64,000 bases of DNA, taken from Candidatus Caccoplasma merdavium (GTDB taxonomy: Bacteria > Bacteroidota > Bacteroidia > Bacteroidales > UBA11471). Below are positions 1-8,907 of this stretch, in pieces. The notes beneath the pieces are model-generated. The model was given only the letters and a program-made list of their open reading frames with translations. It did no database searches and was not told where the DNA came from. Numbering within the stretch: position 1 is the stretch's first letter; each line of letters begins with the position of its first letter. The stretch is from the NCBI GenBank assembly GCA_018715595.1, contig DVLI01000026.1:870-64869 (forward strand), written 5' to 3'. The translations under genes were made by a program, and so were the position numbers.

Positions 1-2170
1 GGTCGTTTCTCACACCAACGATGCCGTGAGCCGTCTTTCCGACTCTGTCGAGACCGCCTTTTATGAGGGCCATGGGGAGTGCCTGTTGCGCTTCTATACC
101 TCGTCGGGGGTCGAGTCGCACACCTTCTCCAATCGTTTTGAGGCCGACGGTATGACGTTTGAGGAGCCGAACGATTTGATGTTCAACTTCAACAGTCCCG
201 TGGGAGCCTGTCCCAAGTGTGAAGGATTCGGAAAAGTTATCGGTATCGACGAAGATTTGGTCATACCCAATAAGTCGCTTTCGGTTTATGACGATGCCGT
301 CGTGTGCTGGAAGGGGGAGAAGATGAGCGAATGGAAAAAGGCCCTGATAAGTGTGGCCGAGGCGTCGCGTTTCCCGATACATCGTCCCTATTATCAACTG
401 ACCGAAGCCCAGAAGTCGCTTCTTTGGAACGGGAATGCCCTGTTCCATGGAATCAACGATTTCTTCCGCATGGTCGAAGAGAACCAGTATAAGATACAGT
501 ATCGGGTCATGTTGGCCCGCTATCGCGGGAAAACGACCTGTCCCGAGTGTCATGGAGGCCGGTTGAAGCCCGAGGCTCAGTATGTAAAAGTCGGCGGCAA
601 GTCCATCTCACAGTTGGTCGAGATGTCCATCGGCGAGTTGAGACGCTTCTTTGGCGAACTTCAACTCGACCCATACGATGCCGCGGTGGCCAAGCGTTTG
701 CTCACCGAGATAAACAACCGTCTCGAATTCCTTTCTGATGTCGGGCTCGACTATCTGACGCTCAATCGTCTCTCATCGACGCTCTCCGGCGGTGAGAGTC
801 AGCGCATCAACCTGGCTACCTCTTTGGGCAGCAGCTTGGTCGGTTCGCTTTATATACTCGACGAGCCGAGCATCGGATTGCATTCGCGCGACACGGCATT
901 GCTCGTGCGGGTGTTGCGGCGTTTGCAACAGTTGGGCAACACGGTGATTATCGTCGAACACGATGAAGACATCATTCGGGCGGCCGACTACATCATCGAC
1001 ATCGGCCCGCAGGCCGGACGCCTGGGCGGGGAGGTTGTCTATCAAGGAACTTTTGACGGCCTCGAAAAGGCCGAGCATAGCTATACGGCCAAGTACCTTA
1101 CCGGCCAGGAGACAATTCCCGTACCGGCACACCGGCGTTTGTGGCATAACTATATCGAGATCGAAGGAGCCGTGCATAATAACCTGAAAAATATCAATGT
1201 GCGTTTCCCGCTCTATGCCATGACGGTTGTGACCGGTGTGAGCGGCTCGGGCAAATCTTCGTTGGTGCGTGATGTCTTTTACCGTTCCTTGGCCCGTTGT
1301 TACGACGAAGAAGGCGAGATGCCGGGCACTTATGGACGTTTGTCGGGCGATGTGTCGCTGATGAAGCACATCGAGTTTGTCGACCAAAATCCCATCGGGC
1401 ACTCTTCCCGTTCCAATCCGGCGACCTATCTGAAAGCCTTCGACGAGATACGCAAGCTCTTTGCCGAGCAGCAGGCCGCCAAGCAGATGGGCTTCTCGCC
1501 CGCCTATTTTTCGTTCAATGTCGAGGGTGGCCGTTGTGAAGAATGTAAAGGCGATGGTACCATCACGGTCGAAATGCAATTCATGGCCGACCTTGTTCTC
1601 CCTTGTGAGTCTTGTCACGGAAAACGTTTCAAGCCCGATATTCTCGAAGTGGAATACCGCGGGAAAAATATCGCCGATGTGCTCGACATGACGGTCAACC
1701 AGGCTGTGGAGTTTTTCTCCGAGGCCGGAGGTTCGACCGAGAAAAAAATCGTCCGCCGGCTCAAACCCTTGCAGGACGTGGGCTTGGGGTACATCAAGAT
1801 GGGGCAGACCTCATCGACCCTCTCCGGCGGTGAAAACCAACGGGTGAAACTGGCCTATTTCCTGAGCAACGAGAAACAGGAGCCTACCATCTTTGTCTTT
1901 GACGAGCCGACGACCGGGTTGCATATACATGACATCAAAACCCTGATGGCCGCATTCGATGCTCTTATTGCCAACGGACATACGGTGGTCATTGTCGAGC
2001 ATAATATGGAGGTTATCAAGTGTGCCGACCACATCATCGACATGGGACCCGAAGGGGGCGATGCCGGCGGTCATTTGGTCTGTTGCGGTACGCCTGAGGA
2101 GGTAGCGGCTTGTGCCGGGTCATATACCGGGCGCTTCCTTCGCGAGAAATTGGGCTTGCCTCCGTTGTAG
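1..2170 (+). CDS. uvrA: Excinuclease ABC subunit A (UvrA), 5'-truncated by window edge
   Basis: The frame is open from nt 2 (VVSHTNDAVSRLSDS...), so the gene begins upstream; the listed ORF is 26..2170. It has two ABC modules (Walker A GVSGSGKSS; signatures LSGGESQR and LSGGENQR; Walker B ILDEPS and VFDEPT). UvrA-type zinc modules are present (CPKCEGFG, CPECHGGR, CEECKGDG..CESCHGKR). Stop is TAG. Confidence 0.92.
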   Translation, partial: VVSHTNDAVSRLSDSVETAFYEGHGECLLRFYTSSGVESHTFSNRFEADGMTFEEPNDLMFNFNSPVGACPKCEGFGKVIGIDEDLVIPNKSLSVYDDAVVCWKGEKMSEWKKALISVAEASRFPIHRPYYQLTEAQKSLLWNGNALFHGINDFFRMVEENQYKIQYRVMLARYRGKTTCPECHGGRLKPEAQYVKVGGKSISQLVEMSIGELRRFFGELQLDPYDAAVAKRLLTEINNRLEFLSDVGLDYLTLNRLSSTLSGGESQRINLATSLGSSLVGSLYILDEPSIGLHSRDTALLVRVLRRLQQLGNTVIIVEHDEDIIRAADYIIDIGPQAGRLGGEVVYQGTFDGLEKAEHSYTAKYLTGQETIPVPAHRRLWHNYIEIEGAVHNNLKNINVRFPLYAMTVVTGVSGSGKSSLVRDVFYRSLARCYDEEGEMPGTYGRLSGDVSLMKHIEFVDQNPIGHSSRSNPATYLKAFDEIRKLFAEQQAAKQMGFSPAYFSFNVEGGRCEECKGDGTITVEMQFMADLVLPCESCHGKRFKPDILEVEYRGKNIADVLDMTVNQAVEFFSEAGGSTEKKIVRRLKPLQDVGLGYIKMGQTSSTLSGGENQRVKLAYFLSNEKQEPTIFVFDEPTTGLHIHDIKTLMAAFDALIANGHTVVIVEHNMEVIKCADHIIDMGPEGGDAGGHLVCCGTPEEVAACAGSYTGRFLREKLGLPPL

Positions 2171-2245
2171 AGAAGGGATTCCTTGAAAATAAAATGGAGG
2201 ACGTCCGTGCGGGCGTCCTCCATTTTTGTTGTCTGTCAATACGCA

Positions 2246-3895
2246 TCAGGCATTCTGGTAGAGATAGCGTTTGATACTGCGTTTGGGCGTTTTTTCAAAT
2301 TCTTCATAGAAGAGTTTGATTTTGGTGATTTGGCTGTATCCCGGCAGGCTTTTGTTTACTGCGATGCGGTTCTCTTCCATCAATTCTTCGATACTCGAAG
2401 CCAATCCCTGTTTTTCAGCGTTCTCGAAATCGGGGTAGATGAGGGCGACGAGTTTCCCGTTCTGCTCGATGACAATCGACTCGTTTACATAGGGTAAGTT
2501 GTTGATGCGGGCCTCTATTTCCTCGGGGTAGATGTTTTGTCCCGAGGGACCCAAAATCATGCTCTTGCTGCGACCTTTGAGGTAGATGTAGTTGTCCTTG
2601 TCGAGAACGGCCAAGTCGCCGGTGTTGAGCCAGCCGTCTTTCAAAACGGCATCGGTGGCTTCTTGGTTTTTATAATAGCCCAGCATCACGCTGTCGCCTT
2701 TGACGTGGAGTTCCCCGACGATGTTCAAGGGGTCGGCCGAGTCGATGCGGGCTTCGGTGCGGTCGATGACCTTTCCGCAGGAGCCCAGACGGGCTTTCTG
2801 CCACGGGGAATAGGAGATGAGGGGGGCACATTCGGTCATGCCGTAACCGATTGTAAAGGGGAATCCGATTTTGTGCAGGAACAATTCGATTTCGTGGTTG
2901 AGAGCAGCTCCACCGATGATGATTTCTTGCATATTCCCGCCGAATGCCTCTTCGAGTTTGGCGCGAATCTGTTGTTGCAGTTGGGTGTTGAGAAACGGGA
3001 TTTTCATCATGAGTTGCATGAGCGGTTTCTCTAACAGGGGGAATACCTTGCCGCGGACGATTTTCTCGATAATGAGCGGTACCGAGATGACGACGCGTGG
3101 CTTCACTTCGGCAAAAGCGTCCATGATGATTTTCGGCGATGGTATGCGGGTAAGGAAATGTATGTGGCAGCCTTTGGCAAAGCAGTTGCACAGCTCGACC
3201 ATGAGTCCGTACATGTGGGCCATGGGCAACATCGACACCACTTGGTCGCCGGGATTGATGTAGGTCATGTTGTCATAACAGAATTTCAGGTTGGTCCACA
3301 AGCTGCGGTAGGGGAGCATCACGCCTTTTGAGAATCCGGTCGACCCCGATGTGTAGTTGATGAGAGCCAGTTCATCGGGCGAATCTTTGTGGTAGGAGAC
3401 GTCTTCACGACGGAAACGCTCGGGGTATTTGTCGCCGAAATATTGGTTGAGGTGTTCTCTGGCATCGATGAGTTTCTTGCTTTGGCTGTGCAGTACCGAG
3501 AAATCGTTGATGAGAATGATGCCGGTAAGACCGGGCATTTTGCTCTTGTCGATGTTTTCATACACGACGTCGCCCACGAAAAGGAGTTTCGACTCGGAGT
3601 GGTTTACGATGTGGTGTATGTTGTCGGGCTTGAATTCGTGCAGTATGGGTACGACCACCGCTCCGTAGGTGAGGGTGGCGAAGAAGGCGACGGCCCAGTG
3701 GGAGGAGTTGCGGCCGCAGATGGCAATCTTGTCGCCTTTCTTTACACCGGCAGCTTCCATCAAGATGTGCATTTTTTCTATCTTGCGGGCAATGTCTTTA
3801 TAATTGTAAGACACACCCTTGAAGTCGCTAAGTGCCGTCAGTTCCCAGTTTTCACGAATGGAGTTCTCGATATATGCGTTGAAACTTTTGTCCAT
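2246..3895 (-). CDS. AMP-dependent synthetase / long-chain-fatty-acid--CoA ligase
   Basis: 549-aa ORF with adenylate-forming enzyme motifs YTSGSTGFSKGV, GYGMTE and TGDLAVLDKDNYIYLKGRSK. It ends in TGA, which shows TGA is a normal stop in this genome. Confidence 0.85.
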   Translation of the reverse strand: MDKSFNAYIENSIRENWELTALSDFKGVSYNYKDIARKIEKMHILMEAAGVKKGDKIAICGRNSSHWAVAFFATLTYGAVVVPILHEFKPDNIHHIVNHSESKLLFVGDVVYENIDKSKMPGLTGIILINDFSVLHSQSKKLIDAREHLNQYFGDKYPERFRREDVSYHKDSPDELALINYTSGSTGFSKGVMLPYRSLWTNLKFCYDNMTYINPGDQVVSMLPMAHMYGLMVELCNCFAKGCHIHFLTRIPSPKIIMDAFAEVKPRVVISVPLIIEKIVRGKVFPLLEKPLMQLMMKIPFLNTQLQQQIRAKLEEAFGGNMQEIIIGGAALNHEIELFLHKIGFPFTIGYGMTECAPLISYSPWQKARLGSCGKVIDRTEARIDSADPLNIVGELHVKGDSVMLGYYKNQEATDAVLKDGWLNTGDLAVLDKDNYIYLKGRSKSMILGPSGQNIYPEEIEARINNLPYVNESIVIEQNGKLVALIYPDFENAEKQGLASSIEELMEENRIAVNKSLPGYSQITKIKLFYEEFEKTPKRSIKRYLYQNA

Positions 3896-3918
3896 TTTGT
3901 TCGATTGTCAGAGTGTTT

Positions 3919-4269
3919 TTAGATAAGTTGCAGTTGCTTGATGTAGTTTATGTATTCCTCATTTTGCATATCGAAGGCTCGGTCGATATAATGAGCATAA
4001 TCCTCGAAATAATCACTGGCAATATCGGCGACAATATCCTCACCGGGCAGTTGGTGTGCGGTGAGCACCTGCTCGATTTTGTGCCGGAACCAGGCGACGG
4101 TCTCGCATTTCCGTTCCCACATTTCCGACTTTTCCTGTTCCCACTCGTGTCCGTTGCGCACGATGAGGTAACAAGTAGCATAAAAAGCGTCGATGGTGGG
4201 AAATATGCCGTTGAATGAGGAGAGTATGGCAGCCTCTTTTTCTTTGAGGGCGACTTCGGTCGGGGTCAT
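3919..4269 (-). CDS. Hypothetical protein (116 aa)
   Basis: The listed ORF 3919..4374 is trimmed to the ATG at 4269 (MTPTEVALKEK...). A consensus -7 box (TATATTTG, 4305..4298) lies inside the longer ORF, about 28 nt upstream of this ATG. I recognise no motif. It sits 23 nt upstream of the acyl-CoA ligase gene. Confidence 0.5.
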   Translation of the reverse strand: MTPTEVALKEKEAAILSSFNGIFPTIDAFYATCYLIVRNGHEWEQEKSEMWERKCETVAWFRHKIEQVLTAHQLPGEDIVADIASDYFEDYAHYIDRAFDMQNEEYINYIKQLQLI

Positions 4270-4297
4270 TTGATGATTGATATCGAAAAAAACTGCA

Positions 4298-4305
4298 CAA
4301 ATATA
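4298..4305 (-). promoter_or_regulatory. Bacteroidetes -7 promoter box TAtaTTTG
   Basis: The reverse complement of caaatata is tatatttg, an exact match to TAnnTTTG. It is positioned upstream of the 4269 ATG. Confidence 0.5.
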
Positions 4306-4568
4306 GGGCATTTTGTGCAATAAATCATACGATGCCGATTTTTTTCTCTTCGGCCTTGCCCGAATATATGACACGCAAGTGTGTTTATGTCTTTAAAATA
4401 AGTACATTACGGCGCGTTTTCGTTTGAATCCTATTCGTAATATAGAACAACAATCGCACTATTTTGTTGAATACGGCCTTTCAAGAAGTCTCTTTTTCCT
4501 GACTTTGTTTGTTTGAAAGAAAAGAAAGTCCTATCTTAGCCCACATTATATAAAAACAGTCATAGACA

Positions 4569-5627
4569 ATGGCAGTAGAGGCACATCTCGTCATTATGGC
4601 CGGAGGCATCGGCAGCCGTTTTTGGCCGATGAGTACCCCCGAGGTTCCCAAGCAGTTTATCGATATTACCGGTTGTGGCCGTACCCTGATACAACTTACG
4701 GCCGACCGTTTCGCATCGCTCGTATCTCCCGAGAACATGTGGGTGGTGACGTCGAAGCGGTATGAAAATTTGGTTCGGGAACAACTTCCCGGAGTGCCGC
4801 CGTCGAATATCTTGCTCGAACCCTGCATGCGTAACACAGCCCCCTGCATCGCTTATGCCGGTTGGAAGATAAAGACGAAAAATCCCGACGCCGCCATTGT
4901 CGTTACGCCGTCGGACCATGTGGTGACCAACGTGTCCGAATTCCAGCGGGTGATAGCCCGATCACTCGATTTCGTCACCCGTCGCCCTGCCATACTCACG
5001 TTGGGCATGAAACCCAGTCGGCCTGAAACCGGGTACGGGTATATTGCTGCGCGCAATGGCGACATGCCGGCAGGAGAGGAGATACTTCCCGTCGATTCGT
5101 TCCGGGAAAAGCCCTCCCTTGAAGTTGCGCGCCAATATGTCGCCGCCGGAAATTATTTCTGGAACTCGGGTCTTTTCTTGTGGAGCGCTGCGACGCTCGA
5201 AAGGGCATACCGTTCTTATTGTCCCGGAGTGGCCGATATATTCGACCGCCTTTCTCCGCAATTCTACACATCGGGCGAACAGGCGGCTGTCGATGAAAAT
5301 TTCCCGCTTTGCGAAAATATATCGGTCGATTACGCCATTATGGAAAAAGCGGCCGACATGTATGTCTTCCCGGCCGATTTCGGTTGGTCCGACTTGGGTA
5401 CCTGGGGCTCCCTTCACACGCTGTTGCCGCATGATGATTCCGACAATGCCTGTGTCGGCGATGGCGCGAGGTTGGTCGATTCCCGTAATTGCATTGTGCA
5501 TGTCCCGTCGGGAAAACGGGTTGTCGTGCAGGGACTCGACGGTTATATCGTGGCCGAGAAAGATGGAACCTTGCTCATCTGCCGGTTGCAAGATGAGCAA
5601 CACATAAAAGAGTATTCTAAATTATGA
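4569..5627 (+). CDS. Mannose-1-phosphate guanylyltransferase-like sugar-phosphate nucleotidyltransferase
   Basis: The N-terminal IMAGGIGSRFWPMS matches the GxGxRxxPxS nucleotidyltransferase signature. The 352-aa length fits the short ManC-type without an isomerase domain. The W/G-rich C-terminal part (DFGWSDLGTWGSL) is typical of this family. Confidence 0.82.
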   Translation: MAVEAHLVIMAGGIGSRFWPMSTPEVPKQFIDITGCGRTLIQLTADRFASLVSPENMWVVTSKRYENLVREQLPGVPPSNILLEPCMRNTAPCIAYAGWKIKTKNPDAAIVVTPSDHVVTNVSEFQRVIARSLDFVTRRPAILTLGMKPSRPETGYGYIAARNGDMPAGEEILPVDSFREKPSLEVARQYVAAGNYFWNSGLFLWSAATLERAYRSYCPGVADIFDRLSPQFYTSGEQAAVDENFPLCENISVDYAIMEKAADMYVFPADFGWSDLGTWGSLHTLLPHDDSDNACVGDGARLVDSRNCIVHVPSGKRVVVQGLDGYIVAEKDGTLLICRLQDEQHIKEYSKL

Positions 5628-5648
5628 ATCGAAAAAATATATTTAAGA

Positions 5649-6785
5649 ATGGAAAAGAAAAAAGTCTTTGTTTCGGGGTGCTATGACATGCTCCATAGCG
5701 GTCATGTAGCTTTCTTTACTGAGGCGGCGTCGCACGGAGACCTCTACGTCGGCATCGGTTCGGATAAGACGATATTCGAGTTGAAAGCCCGTAAAACCAT
5801 CAATACCGAAGCCGAACGCCTTTATATGGTAAAGGCGCTGCGCGTGGTCAAAGATGCGTGGATAAACAGCGGTAGCGGTCTGCTCGATTTCGAGAAAGAG
5901 TTGCGGGAGTTGAAGCCCGATATCTTCTTTGTCAATTCCGATGGCGCTACGCCGTTGAAAGAACAGCTATGTAAGGAATTGGGAATCGAATACATGGTGA
6001 GTACCCGGCTTCCCCATAGCGGATTGCCCACGCGCTCCACGACCATGCTGCGTCGTGAGTGCCGCATACCTTACCGCATCGACCTTGCCGGCGGTTGGCT
6101 CGACCAGCCCTTTGTGAGCAGTTGCTATCCAGGTCCGGTATTGACCATATCGATTGAACCCGAATATGAATTCAACGACCGAAGCGGCATGTCTACATCT
6201 TCCCGTAAAAAAGCCATAGAGTTGTGGCAGACCGATATTCCCGAAGGCGATAAGGAAAAACTGGCCAAGACACTCTTCTGCTTTGAGAATCCCCCCGGAA
6301 CAAAATATGTAAGCGGGTCGCAAGACTCGTTGGGCATTGTCATGCCGGGGCTGAACAAGTTCGAATACAATGGCGGTTATTGGCCCGAGAAAATCGATGG
6401 CAATACCGACCCCGAACTCTTGAAATGGATAGAAGAGCGTCTTTGGCTCTATCCGCTCTATCCCCGGCGGGCTTCCTACGACGTCCTGGCCGATACACAG
6501 GTCAATCCCGAAAACGCCAAAGCACTGAGCGATGCCGCCCATGCTTGTTGGGACGCCATTCATGCCCGTGATGCCAAAGCCTTTGGCGAACAGGTGCGAA
6601 AAGCCTTTGAAGCCCAGATTGCCATGTTTCCCCACATGATGTATGACGATATTCAAGTCGAGATAGATCGTCACAAAGACTCTGTCCTGGGTTGGAAATT
6701 GAGTGGAGCGGGAGGCGGCGGCTATCTGATATTTGTCAGTGAAAAGCCTGTCGAAAAAGCCATTCAGATACATATTCGCCGATAG
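5649..6785 (+). CDS. Bifunctional cytidylyltransferase-like / GHMP (fucokinase-like) sugar kinase fusion protein
   Basis: The N-terminal ~130 aa have the HxGH motif of the cytidylyltransferase fold (GCYDMLHSGHVAFF). The C-terminal ~240 aa carry GHMP/fucokinase-type motifs (RIDLAGGWLDQP, SGMSTSS, GWKLSGAGGGGYLIF). It starts 21 nt after the nucleotidyltransferase gene. Confidence 0.75.
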   Translation: MEKKKVFVSGCYDMLHSGHVAFFTEAASHGDLYVGIGSDKTIFELKARKTINTEAERLYMVKALRVVKDAWINSGSGLLDFEKELRELKPDIFFVNSDGATPLKEQLCKELGIEYMVSTRLPHSGLPTRSTTMLRRECRIPYRIDLAGGWLDQPFVSSCYPGPVLTISIEPEYEFNDRSGMSTSSRKKAIELWQTDIPEGDKEKLAKTLFCFENPPGTKYVSGSQDSLGIVMPGLNKFEYNGGYWPEKIDGNTDPELLKWIEERLWLYPLYPRRASYDVLADTQVNPENAKALSDAAHACWDAIHARDAKAFGEQVRKAFEAQIAMFPHMMYDDIQVEIDRHKDSVLGWKLSGAGGGGYLIFVSEKPVEKAIQIHIRR

Positions 6786-6804
6786 AGATTTATTCCTTTA
6801 TAAT

Positions 6805-6846
6805 AAAAAACGAGGAGACACCGGGAAACGGGTCTCCTCGTTTTTT
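6805..6846 (+). terminator. Rho-independent terminator
   Basis: The stem pairs cgaggagac (6811..6819) with gtctcctcg (6832..6840), and an extra ccg/cgg pairing extends it. It is flanked by an A-run and followed by T6, 20 nt after the stop at 6785. Confidence 0.75.
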
Positions 6847-7113
6847 CATGTGGCCGATTGCTCCCTTGTGAGAACAATTGGCCCCAATGTGTATGATTTT
6901 AGGGGATTTTCCCGTCCGGACAAAAAATCCACGAGATTTTACCATAGAATCCACATCATTTCAGGTGTGAAAATCTACTTTTATCGCAGATTCTTCCACG
7001 GGAAATATTGGCGAGAGAAGCATGATACAGATTGCGCATCGGTAAATTTGAAGGTGGAAAGAAGGGAATTTACACAGATACCTTGACGCGAAAAAAGAAC
7101 CTTAAATCATATA

Positions 7114-7422
7114 GTGATGAAAAATATTCTGAAAAACTTTTTGGCTGTCCTGCTCATTGCGACGACAGCAACAACAGCTCGGGCTGTTGACGATTCGTTC
7201 GGCTTCGAACGCACAAAAGATGCGTCGAGCGGACTGTTTTCAGACTTCGCGTTGGAGTCGAGTTATGAAAAGATTTCCTTAAATTGGATAGAGAGTTTTG
7301 AGAGTGGCCGCATACAACCGCTGACCGGAGTGTTTAAGTACACAATCGACGGGGTGGAATATTCGACTTCCAACGGACAGACGGCCTATAAATACTATGG
7401 CGTCTTGGAAGAAGCCGAGTGA
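7114..7422 (+). CDS. Fragment 1 of disrupted pectin methylesterase gene (signal peptide + N-terminal module)
   Basis: Carries the signal peptide MMKNILKNFLAVLLIATTATTARA. It ends at TGA 7420..7422, and the same frame stays open through 7423..7455 into the next ORF. Confidence 0.7.
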   Translation: MMKNILKNFLAVLLIATTATTARAVDDSFGFERTKDASSGLFSDFALESSYEKISLNWIESFESGRIQPLTGVFKYTIDGVEYSTSNGQTAYKYYGVLEEAE

Positions 7423-7455
7423 GGTTATCTCGATACCGACTATTTCGGCTTTACG

Positions 7456-8907
7456 ATGACCATTCCCGCCGGCGTAACGCTGGAACCGACCCGCTTCTAT
7501 TCGTCGATAGTGCTTGGCGGAGGCCGTATCGTTTACAAGGTCGTGTTGCAAGACGCCAATGGCGAAGAGTTGTATAAGATAGGAGAGACCCCGCAAGACA
7601 AAGAGGCCATCAAGAATCTCGATGTGGATTTGTCGGAAAGCGGACTCCTCCTTACCGAAGGAACTTATCGCCTTTTGCTGTATAGCTACCAGTGGTATGG
7701 CTCGGTCAAGACCCATTTGCCTGTCTCCTTCATGTTGCAAGGCAAGGTTGCCGACGAAGACCCTATTGAATATACGCAACTTACCGATTTGACGGTAGGT
7801 GGAGTCTCTTGTTTCGACCGTCTTGTCGACAACAGTTGCACGGTGGAGTTGCCCTATGGTACCACCTCGTTCCCCGAAATTGCTGCGACGGCCGATGACA
7901 AGGGCCGCGTGGAAATCGTGCAACCTACCGGCGACACGATGAAGGCCGAAGTGCAATTGATAGATAATGGTACCGACAAGTTGGTGGCGACTTATACCAT
8001 AAATTTTGTGCCTGGTGAGCCGGCACAAGGAACCGTGCTCCGTGTCGAAGGCGGTGATGCTGCCACCGGTTCGGTGCAAGACGGGGTTTATACCGACGGG
8101 ACGGTAGCCATATCGCCCGCACCGACCATACAGTCGATGAATGGCATTTGGGGCTTGAAGATGGGGTTCAATGCCGATTATAAAATCTCGGTACCGGCCG
8201 ATTTTACTATCGATGAGATACGATTTGTCGGAGCTCCTGTCTATGGTAACTGCAAAATACCTTATGTCATCACTTCGCACGAAACGACCCGGACGACGGC
8301 CGCCGATTCGCTCTATCTCTCCGAAGAGAATCAGACCGTTGCTTTCAAGCTGCTTGATTACAAGGCCGGAGATACCGTGGCTCTTACAATCGACTTGTGG
8401 GGTGAGGTAATCAATTACATCGAACTGACGTCTGTGGCCGATAAGAAAGTCGTCGCTACTCCTTCGATATATGTGGAGGAAGGCCATGTCTCCGATACGA
8501 TAACCCTGACGTCCGATACCGAAAATGCCATCATATATTATACGCTCGACGGTACCGAACCTACCCCCTCGTCGAACCGCTACACGGGTCGCTTCATGAT
8601 TTCCGGCAACTGCACGATAAAAGCGATTGCCACGGCACGGGTGTTCAACTTCGAAGATTCCGAAGTGGCCGAGAAGGTTGTCGACCATTTCAAGACCCAA
8701 GGCGGATTTTCCTTTACGTTTGCTCCCGGCGATGGAACGACGGTCGACTTGACGGGTGACCCCAAATATAAGTATGTCAGAGTTTCCGACCTCAATCCTG
8801 CCTTCCAAATCAAGGGCGAGAATACCGTATATTCCGATTCCCGCTTTAAAATAAAATGGCTGCGGGCAGTGAGTTTGCCATTTGTGTCCCCGCGAATGCG
8901 ATTGTGA
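7456..8907 (+). CDS. Fragment 2 (beta-sandwich modules and chitobiase/hexosaminidase-C-like Fn3-associated module)
   Basis: It is in the same frame as 7114..7422 and has no signal peptide of its own. It contains the IIYYTLDGTEPTPSSNRYTGRF...CTIKAIA module. The frame is lost in the a-rich tract near 8850. Confidence 0.7.
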   Translation: MTIPAGVTLEPTRFYSSIVLGGGRIVYKVVLQDANGEELYKIGETPQDKEAIKNLDVDLSESGLLLTEGTYRLLLYSYQWYGSVKTHLPVSFMLQGKVADEDPIEYTQLTDLTVGGVSCFDRLVDNSCTVELPYGTTSFPEIAATADDKGRVEIVQPTGDTMKAEVQLIDNGTDKLVATYTINFVPGEPAQGTVLRVEGGDAATGSVQDGVYTDGTVAISPAPTIQSMNGIWGLKMGFNADYKISVPADFTIDEIRFVGAPVYGNCKIPYVITSHETTRTTAADSLYLSEENQTVAFKLLDYKAGDTVALTIDLWGEVINYIELTSVADKKVVATPSIYVEEGHVSDTITLTSDTENAIIYYTLDGTEPTPSSNRYTGRFMISGNCTIKAIATARVFNFEDSEVAEKVVDHFKTQGGFSFTFAPGDGTTVDLTGDPKYKYVRVSDLNPAFQIKGENTVYSDSRFKIKWLRAVSLPFVSPRMRL

